Shown here: piece by piece, positions 36,205 through 42,784 of the stretch
Numbering within the stretch: position 1 is the stretch's first letter
Layout of the letters: each line of letters begins with the position of its first letter
Assembly (NCBI GenBank): GCA_002783105.1
Contig: PFJN01000044.1
Coordinates: forward strand, 1-44,118
DNA length: 44,118 nucleotides
DNA from: Candidatus Pacebacteria bacterium CG_4_10_14_3_um_filter_34_15
GTDB lineage: Bacteria > Patescibacteriota > Microgenomatia > UBA1400 > PJMF01
Direction: 5' to 3'
The notes under the pieces: generated by a model
Database searches by the model: none
What the model was told of the DNA's origin: nothing
What the model saw: only the letters and a program-made list of their open reading frames with translations
Translations under genes and position numbers: made by a program

Positions 36205-36774
36205 ATGCTCAACTCAATTATTATAAAGAAAATACTAACTTTAGTTTCATTTTTAATTTTAGCCATTTCATTAATTTCATTTTCCAAAACCCAACCCGCT
36301 TTTGCTGGTGCACCATGCTCTAATGGAGGTTGCTATGACAATATAAAGTGCGTTTGGGTTGTGGATGATAGCCTCCCAGCTGGTGGATACTATACTACAG
36401 GTACAGAACCATGCGGATCGGCTGTGATAGGTGGAGTAGCACCTCCACCAGCTATCGCAAATATTAATAGAATTTCTGGAAATAGTGTAGATGGAAGTGG
36501 GCTTGGTGTACTTTTATTTTTTTCCAGAGCTCTTAATTTTGGAGCAATAGTTGGAGGAATTATTGTAGTTGGAAATTTTATTGGAGCAGGATTAATGTAT
36601 GTCACTGGGGCTGGAAATTCAGAAACTCATGTTAAAGTCATGAATAAAATTACCTATAGTGTTATAGGTATAATAATAATTGTTTCTACCTATACGATAG
36701 TCGGATTAATTGGTCTCATTTTCTTCAAGGACCCAGCATTCCTGCTCAAACCTAATTTATATGGAGTACGTTAG
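36205..36774 (+). CDS. VirB2/TrbC-like pilin with small Cys-rich N-terminal domain
   Basis: Signal peptide (..PAFA|GA), 4 Cys, TM-AGLMYVTGAGNSETHVKVMNKITYSVIGI-TM. Confidence 0.8.
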   Translation: MLNSIIIKKILTLVSFLILAISLISFSKTQPAFAGAPCSNGGCYDNIKCVWVVDDSLPAGGYYTTGTEPCGSAVIGGVAPPPAIANINRISGNSVDGSGLGVLLFFSRALNFGAIVGGIIVVGNFIGAGLMYVTGAGNSETHVKVMNKITYSVIGIIIIVSTYTIVGLIGLIFFKDPAFLLKPNLYGVR

Positions 36775-36814
36775 TATATAATAAATATTAGTTAATAAAA
36801 TAAGTTATAAAATT

Positions 36815-37198
36815 ATGTTTTTACCAACACTAATCGCACAATTTGGAGATGGAATTACCTCACCTTCCAAGGCATACACTGAAGGAGGAACTACCCGACC
36901 AGGAGTACTCGCTAACTTTGATTTGATTATTTCTAATTTGCTTGGTTTATTTACAATTATTGGTGCCTTAATATTTGTTGTCTACTTTTTAATTGCCGCT
37001 ATTCAATGGATAACAGCCGGTGGTGATGCCGGAAAGCTCACCGAAGCTAGAGAAAAGATTATTCAAGGAGTTCTTGGTTTAGTAATTTTAGTAGCTGCTT
37101 ATGGAATATTAGGATTAATTGGAACACTTGTTGGAATCGACATCCTAAACCCAGTAACTCAACTAGAAGAAATAATCCCAAAGATAGGACCATATTAA
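36815..37198 (+). CDS. VirB2/TrbC-like pilin
   Basis: TM-AAIQWITAGGDAGKLTEAREKIIQGVLGL-TM. Confidence 0.87.
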   Translation: MFLPTLIAQFGDGITSPSKAYTEGGTTRPGVLANFDLIISNLLGLFTIIGALIFVVYFLIAAIQWITAGGDAGKLTEAREKIIQGVLGLVILVAAYGILGLIGTLVGIDILNPVTQLEEIIPKIGPY

Positions 37199-38013
37199 TG
37201 AAAATTTTAAAATCCTTTTTATTAGGTGTGACAAGCTTTCTAAGCTTTATGACAGTTTTTATGATAACCAAAGTTTCTGCATTTAATAATCCAGTTATAA
37301 ATGGAGATCTAGGTGGAAATGGCGCTGGAGGCGTTGACGCCGCTACAAGTGGAGCAACTTTTGTAAGCTATTTTGTGTCGCTATGGCAAGCTTTTATTGT
37401 CATTGGCGCTGTTATGGTCCTAATTTATTTTCTCTGGGGATCTATTGAATGGATTACAGCTGGCGCCGATACGGCCATAGTTGAAAAAGCCAGAAATAGA
37501 ATTACTCAAGCAATGATTGGTTTATTCGTTCTAATTGGCTCATTTGTGATTATTGAGTTTGTTAGTCACCTTTTCTTTGGAGACGAATTCTCAATCCTAA
37601 ATCTTGAATTTATTGCCCCTGCTCCTGCAGAAGAAGCAAGTCTTGAAAAATTCGATTTCTTCGCACCTCCGGTTGCATATGCGGTTGAATTAAACATTGG
37701 TGATACTGCAGCCGGTCGAAATCTTCCGGGAACAGCTGACTATAATTCAGCCGATGGAGAAGCTGGATTTGGAAAACTTTTGAGCAAAGTTTTAAATATT
37801 GTTCTGGTTATAGGAGCACTAATTGTTTTCATGTACTTAATTTGGGGTGGAGTTGAATGGATCACAGCTGGAGGTGATGCTACTAAAACTGAGGCTGCTC
37901 GAAATAAAATTACTCAGTCAATGATAGGACTGATTGTTTTAGCAGCTACAGTTGCTTTATTTATAATGATCCAGAATTTCCTCGATCTTGAAATTCTAAC
38001 CTTTACTTTCTGA
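37198..38013 (+). CDS. Tandem double-pilin protein (two VirB2/TrbC-like domains)
   Basis: Two units: WGSIEWITAGADTAIVEKARNRITQAMIGL and WGGVEWITAGGDATKTEAARNKITQSMIGL, joined by a linker containing PPVAYA|VE. Confidence 0.87.
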   Translation: MKILKSFLLGVTSFLSFMTVFMITKVSAFNNPVINGDLGGNGAGGVDAATSGATFVSYFVSLWQAFIVIGAVMVLIYFLWGSIEWITAGADTAIVEKARNRITQAMIGLFVLIGSFVIIEFVSHLFFGDEFSILNLEFIAPAPAEEASLEKFDFFAPPVAYAVELNIGDTAAGRNLPGTADYNSADGEAGFGKLLSKVLNIVLVIGALIVFMYLIWGGVEWITAGGDATKTEAARNKITQSMIGLIVLAATVALFIMIQNFLDLEILTFTF

Positions 38014-38045
38014 GCCTAAAAACTATTAATAAAAAATAAATAAAC

Positions 38046-38075
38046 TTGACTATTTTTCCCAAAAGCAGGTATAAT
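38046..38075 (+). promoter_or_regulatory. Sigma-70 promoter TTGACT-18-TATAAT for the 38123 pilin
   Basis: -35 at 38046-38051, -10 at 38070-38075; AAGGAG SD at 38114-38119. Confidence 0.75.
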
Positions 38076-38122
38076 TAGTCATTCAGCTAAAAAACTGATA
38101 TATAAAAGTAATTAAGGAGACT

Positions 38123-38491
38123 ATGAAAAAAAGAATAAACAGCCTAGCCGTAACAGCAGTTGCTTTAGTAGCATCAAGTAGCAAGGCATTGGCAATAACA
38201 AAAATTGAGACCCCAAAAGCCTTCTTTACTGATATAGGCTCATTAATTACCAAAGCATTAGATTTTGTTTTGATTCTTGGCGCCCTACTTGTTTTCATGT
38301 ACCTTATTTGGGGTGGCATTGAATGGATCACATCGGGTGGAGATAAAGGAAAGACAGAATCTGCACGTAATAAAATTACTGCTGCTATCGTTGGACTGAT
38401 TGTTCTCGCATCAGCATGGGCAATCCTATTGCTAGTCCTAGGATTCTTAGACACAAACTTAGATGAATTATTCTCAAATGCTGGAGTCTAA
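38123..38491 (+). CDS. VirB2/TrbC-like pilin, probable major subunit
   Basis: Signal peptide (..KALA|IT), minimal pilin WGGIEWITSGGDKGKTESARNKITAAIVGL; own promoter, SD and terminator. Confidence 0.9.
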   Translation: MKKRINSLAVTAVALVASSSKALAITKIETPKAFFTDIGSLITKALDFVLILGALLVFMYLIWGGIEWITSGGDKGKTESARNKITAAIVGLIVLASAWAILLLVLGFLDTNLDELFSNAGV

Positions 38492-38514
38492 TTTGAAATC
38501 TTAATTTAGAATTT

Positions 38515-38539
38515 AAACCCCCGCTCGAGCGGGGGTTTT
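38515..38539 (+). terminator. Rho-independent terminator
   Basis: AAACCCCCGC-TCGA-GCGGGGGTTTT: GC-rich stem plus T run, 23 nt after the pilin stop. Confidence 0.9.
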
Positions 38540-38573
38540 CTGATATAATTAATATACTCATTCAAAATATTCT

Positions 38574-39038
38574 ATGAAAAATCTAAAAAAAGAAAATATA
38601 GCTCAACAAAGAATCAAGTTTCTAAAAAGACATATTTTGTTAATTTTTTTAGTTCTTATCAGCAATCTCTATACTGCCTCTCCAGTCTTTGCCCAAACAA
38701 CTACTTGGACCGGAGTATGTGTTTCGGGAATTGGTGACGATCCAACAACTCATGATGTGGCAACTATCCAGGGATTAGAATGTTTGATTGCAAACATATT
38801 TACTGTCATTATTACCCTTATTGGTCTTATAGCATTTGTGATGCTTATTGTTGGATCAGTTTTATGGTTAGTATCTGGCGGTAGTGCTGAAGGCACTAAA
38901 AAGGCTCGTGACACTTTGACCTATGCCGTACTTGGAATTGTTGTTGCCTTGAGTGCATTTATAGTTTTGAACCTAATTTCAGGATTTACTGGTGTTGAAG
39001 ATATTAAGCAATTTATAATCCCTACCTCAAACTCATAA
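38574..39038 (+). CDS. VirB2/TrbC-like pilin
   Basis: Signal peptide (..PVFA|QT), C...VATIQGLECL, TM-GSVLWLVSGGSAEGTKKARDTLTYAVLGI-TM; TGaTATAAT at 38541-38549. Confidence 0.86.
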   Translation: MKNLKKENIAQQRIKFLKRHILLIFLVLISNLYTASPVFAQTTTWTGVCVSGIGDDPTTHDVATIQGLECLIANIFTVIITLIGLIAFVMLIVGSVLWLVSGGSAEGTKKARDTLTYAVLGIVVALSAFIVLNLISGFTGVEDIKQFIIPTSNS

Positions 39039-39044
39039 ATTAAA

Positions 39045-41789
39045 TTGTATAATAAATTTGTGCCAAAACAGTTTATTGTCTCATTAATCTTTTTTACTTT
39101 TAGTTTAGTATTTTTACCATATTTTAATTTTGTTTATGCAACAGAAGAAGCAAGTGGTGGTAAATTTAATGAAAGTAGTCAATTCAATATTGAACAATAT
39201 AGAACATACAACACCAAGGGTTATCCAGATTTTGATGACAAGTTCTATATCACCCCAATAAAAAATATTATCCAAGGGAATGGTCCCAGCGAACCCACTG
39301 TAGAAGGAGAATATAAAGATATAAGACTAGAACTAGCTATGACTGGTTATGAAACTTATTGTATGGCTGAAAATGTAGAGATTAATCCGCAATATAATAC
39401 GGAAAAATTAATAGATTTATTTTTATATTATAATCCTCAAGGAATTAATCTTCATGCCTTCTCAACAGAAGTTCTTGGTATGAAAAATGCCAATTATCCT
39501 ATTTGGAGAGATTTAGATGGTAGACAATTTTTAATGAATTCTCTTGAGGAATATTTTGGATTTAAAGATGTCTATGAAAAAGATCCTGCCAAATCAGAAG
39601 TGAACTCGGCGGCTATCAATTCTCTTCTCTCTCAAGAACAAGCATGTGTCCAGGGTTGGATAACTTTAGGAGCGGAAAGAAGAGCATGCAACAGATTGCA
39701 AGATATATCCACCTGTCAACTTACAAAAAGAATGATTCCTGGAGGCGGATTTGAAGTTCATGACATTATGGGCATGTTGAGTGATTTTACCGGGGGAGGT
39801 TGGGCCGGTGGCGATGCCCAAAAAGGTGAGGAACTAGCAATAAAGTGGTGTAATATCTTATTTTCTGAACCACCCGATCCGAATGACTCTGAATTAAACA
39901 CTGTTCAAAAAGCCTTAGTAAAACCAATCAAAGAAACGATCATAAATGTTCCTACATATAGAGATAAGGGTTATAGAATTGGATTTATAGTTGCGGCCAT
40001 GGAAACCAGGCAACCATTCGAACCTGCAAGCAATCCAGAAGAAGCTACGCAAATTTTTAATTTTTTCACACCAAAAACAGAAGACAAAGAATGGGATGAA
40101 GTATTAGTGGCAGCATTCAAACTTCCTGATATAGGAACAAATAAAGGACCTGGATCGTTATTTGGCCAAGAAAAATGGGACGATCCTCTAGATTTAACTA
40201 GATTGGTTTTAACTACTGATGAAGCTCACAAAACACAAGAAGGCTTGGGACATTCAGAAAGAGAAGCTGCTTTAAATGGAGCCATTGCCGCACAAGAACA
40301 AACCCCTGAAAGTAGAATTTATTGCTATGACGGTATATTTCCTGGAGGCAATGGTACAAATTCATGCCTTCTTCCCCTACCAAAGGCTCTAACTGATTTT
40401 ATTAATTCCAAAAGAGTTGATTGTGAAAATGATGCCGAAGCTGCAAAAGAAATTAGTGATTTAGCAGGCTTAAGAGATGCAAGTGACACTTATGGTAAAT
40501 TATTTACCAAAGCTAATGGAGGTCAAGTACTCGTAAATTTATTTTTGGGTTCTCCATATAATGCAGGAGGAGCTAGTCCAGATCTTGCTACATTAAGCAA
40601 TATTGAAACTATCTGGACTATCAGAGAACCAATCTGGAGGCCACAGGTTAATAATAGTTTAGTCCATTTTTATTTGGTTTATCCAGTTGGCTATGAATTA
40701 GAAACTGTAGAAGAAGCAATTAAAGGAACTTTTTTTACACAAGCTCAAATTGCTCAGATGAATGAAGATAAAAGCATTATTAACAATTTTGAGGTCACTG
40801 GACAAACTCAAGCTCTTGATGGCGGAAAAGTTAGTTGGAAATTTGAAGATACAGATTGGATTATAAATAATCCTGGAGATTGTGGTTATGAAAAGGATGA
40901 ATTTGGAGAAGTCATCATACCTAAAGTCCCAATAATCTGTAAAGAGCGTCCAAGCATTGGAATAAAACAAGATGGTGGCAAAATTGATATCTTGGGTTCA
41001 AGACTCAGTTGGTGGCTCAGAAAAGTCCAAGTTGCCTTAAGTTCCAAATTCAGTATAGCCAGTAAGTATTATGGAGCTTGCAAAACAATGGAGGAATTTC
41101 TCCTTGGAAGATGTATTGTAATCGACTCAGTCGGAGGAGACGTAGATCCAGAAACAGTGGCGGCCGTAGCACAGTGTAATGAAGTTACTCCTGGAGCATG
41201 TGATGGAATTACTTCTGGAGAAACCGCTGTGCATGTGCCTGCTCCAGGAACATGTCCAGATCCTACCGTAACTCCAAATATGTACGTTCCAGCACTTCAC
41301 GAAATACCAGCGTGGTTTGATCCAAACGATCCTGCTCCAGTTTGCAATGATGACTTTTATTCTTATATTGCTTGTACATATCCAAATACCCTAGTGGCTA
41401 ATCCAGTTAATGAGGAGGGAGTATTTGTGGCCAGTTCAAACATGACCGCGTGCGAATTTGTTGTGAACAAAGCAAAAGAACTAGGCTTTAGTCCTAGATT
41501 TGCCCTATCAATGTGGGCCGAGGAAACAGGTATGAGCCACATAAGAACTTCTAAAGGAGCTTTTGGAATAACTCCAACAGTTGCAGAGCCATTCCATCTT
41601 GGACAGCAAATGGACGCCCTTTATGGAACAATGTGGCATTGGAAAGATTCATATCAAAACTTTTTGGAAAAATATTCTGATGAAGAATTAAATTCTAATA
41701 AATTTTGCACAAATCCATTTTTCCCTGCCAGACTCTTCACCTATTATTGGTACTTGCATCCAAATAGTTTTGAGCCTTGCAACAATTAG
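39045..41789 (+). CDS. Large exported Cys-rich protein with possible C-terminal lysozyme-like domain
   Basis: 914-aa ORF (start TTG 39045 or GTG 39060), signal peptide (..FVYA|TE), ~20 Cys, C-terminal KAKELGFSPRFALSMWAEETG...GAFG. Confidence 0.8.
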   Translation: MYNKFVPKQFIVSLIFFTFSLVFLPYFNFVYATEEASGGKFNESSQFNIEQYRTYNTKGYPDFDDKFYITPIKNIIQGNGPSEPTVEGEYKDIRLELAMTGYETYCMAENVEINPQYNTEKLIDLFLYYNPQGINLHAFSTEVLGMKNANYPIWRDLDGRQFLMNSLEEYFGFKDVYEKDPAKSEVNSAAINSLLSQEQACVQGWITLGAERRACNRLQDISTCQLTKRMIPGGGFEVHDIMGMLSDFTGGGWAGGDAQKGEELAIKWCNILFSEPPDPNDSELNTVQKALVKPIKETIINVPTYRDKGYRIGFIVAAMETRQPFEPASNPEEATQIFNFFTPKTEDKEWDEVLVAAFKLPDIGTNKGPGSLFGQEKWDDPLDLTRLVLTTDEAHKTQEGLGHSEREAALNGAIAAQEQTPESRIYCYDGIFPGGNGTNSCLLPLPKALTDFINSKRVDCENDAEAAKEISDLAGLRDASDTYGKLFTKANGGQVLVNLFLGSPYNAGGASPDLATLSNIETIWTIREPIWRPQVNNSLVHFYLVYPVGYELETVEEAIKGTFFTQAQIAQMNEDKSIINNFEVTGQTQALDGGKVSWKFEDTDWIINNPGDCGYEKDEFGEVIIPKVPIICKERPSIGIKQDGGKIDILGSRLSWWLRKVQVALSSKFSIASKYYGACKTMEEFLLGRCIVIDSVGGDVDPETVAAVAQCNEVTPGACDGITSGETAVHVPAPGTCPDPTVTPNMYVPALHEIPAWFDPNDPAPVCNDDFYSYIACTYPNTLVANPVNEEGVFVASSNMTACEFVVNKAKELGFSPRFALSMWAEETGMSHIRTSKGAFGITPTVAEPFHLGQQMDALYGTMWHWKDSYQNFLEKYSDEELNSNKFCTNPFFPARLFTYYWYLHPNSFEPCNN

Positions 41790-42709
41790 AGTGGTTCTCT
41801 TCTTGTCTTTTTAGCAAGTTTTTTTAATCTAAATCGTTCTTTTTCTCTTTTTTGTGAATCGGTAATTTTCTTTGGAGAAAAACTGCCAGTTAAATCTTTG
41901 TTTTTTGGAACCTCGGCTGCAACCTTCTTATCAACATTTGTTAGTTGTTCGCCTTGTTGCTTCTTCAGTTTTTTTGTAATTCTCCTCGCCCCCGCTTTCA
42001 TCAGTTTTGAAATAACATAAAAAGTATCAGCTGTTGCCGAAAATGAGCTAAAATTATTAGTTTCTTCGTTTATGCCAGTCAATAAATTAGTTGCTGACTC
42101 TGGATCAATTGGAATTTGAAGTTCATACAAAACTTGAAAAATAAATTCACTAAAAGATGAAGCGCCAGAAATGTCAAATTTGAAATTTCCAAACTCAGTT
42201 TCATAAGTATTAATATTTACTAGAGTTGCAGTGTTAAACAGATTTTCGTAGCCAAAATAAAGCTTTCCTAAAGAATCTAGTTCATCAACCCCAACTAAAA
42301 TAATTAAGTCTGCCTCTGCCCCTGTATATGAAAAATCAATATTTTCTTTTGAAAGAGGGGCAAAACCTTTTTTGGGCTTAATAGTTAAATAAAACTTTTT
42401 TGTTTCTTCGCTGACGTGATAACTTACTTTATCAACTGAATTTTCCAAATAGTCTAAGCCTATGCAAAGATTTTCATGCCCAATTTCAGATTGGGCTTCT
42501 TCTAAATAGGCAATATCACTTTGTTCCTTTGAAAGGTCTTTAGAACACAAAAGTTTTGTGCTTTTATTTGAAGTTGATTTTAACGACGCATAAAATGATG
42601 CTGCAGCAAATAACTGATCTCTTGTTGCGTTTTGCGAATAGATAATCAAGATAGATTGAGATCGGTCAAATATCTCTTTAAATAATTCTAGTTTTCTTTT
42701 ATCTATCAT
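41786..42709 (-). CDS. Degenerate DHH-family (NrnA-like) phosphoesterase homologue
   Basis: Fold pattern SQSILII...D...AAASFY, ADLIILVG, LVNINT, ASSFSE, ATNLLTGINEETNNF, LMKAGA; the DxD and DHH metal ligands are missing; basic C-terminal tail. Confidence 0.75.
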   Translation of the reverse strand: MIDKRKLELFKEIFDRSQSILIIYSQNATRDQLFAAASFYASLKSTSNKSTKLLCSKDLSKEQSDIAYLEEAQSEIGHENLCIGLDYLENSVDKVSYHVSEETKKFYLTIKPKKGFAPLSKENIDFSYTGAEADLIILVGVDELDSLGKLYFGYENLFNTATLVNINTYETEFGNFKFDISGASSFSEFIFQVLYELQIPIDPESATNLLTGINEETNNFSSFSATADTFYVISKLMKAGARRITKKLKKQQGEQLTNVDKKVAAEVPKNKDLTGSFSPKKITDSQKREKERFRLKKLAKKTRREPL

Positions 42710-42768
42710 TAAGTGTCTTTCTACATCATTTGTGTATGATTTATTACTATACTCGAATAATCAAATTT

Positions 42769-42777
42769 TGCTATAAT
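42769..42777 (+). promoter_or_regulatory. Extended -10 (TGcTATAAT), leaderless-type
   Basis: Box ends 7 nt before the ATG at 42785; no SD. Confidence 0.6.
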
Positions 42778-42784
42778 TAATTGT

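Noticed and set aside
35416-39038. Type IV (PilA-like) pilin interpretation of the array
   Set aside because: No G|F-x-x-x-E prepilin peptidase motif; the two-TM hairpin with a basic loop fits VirB2/TrbC-like pilins instead.
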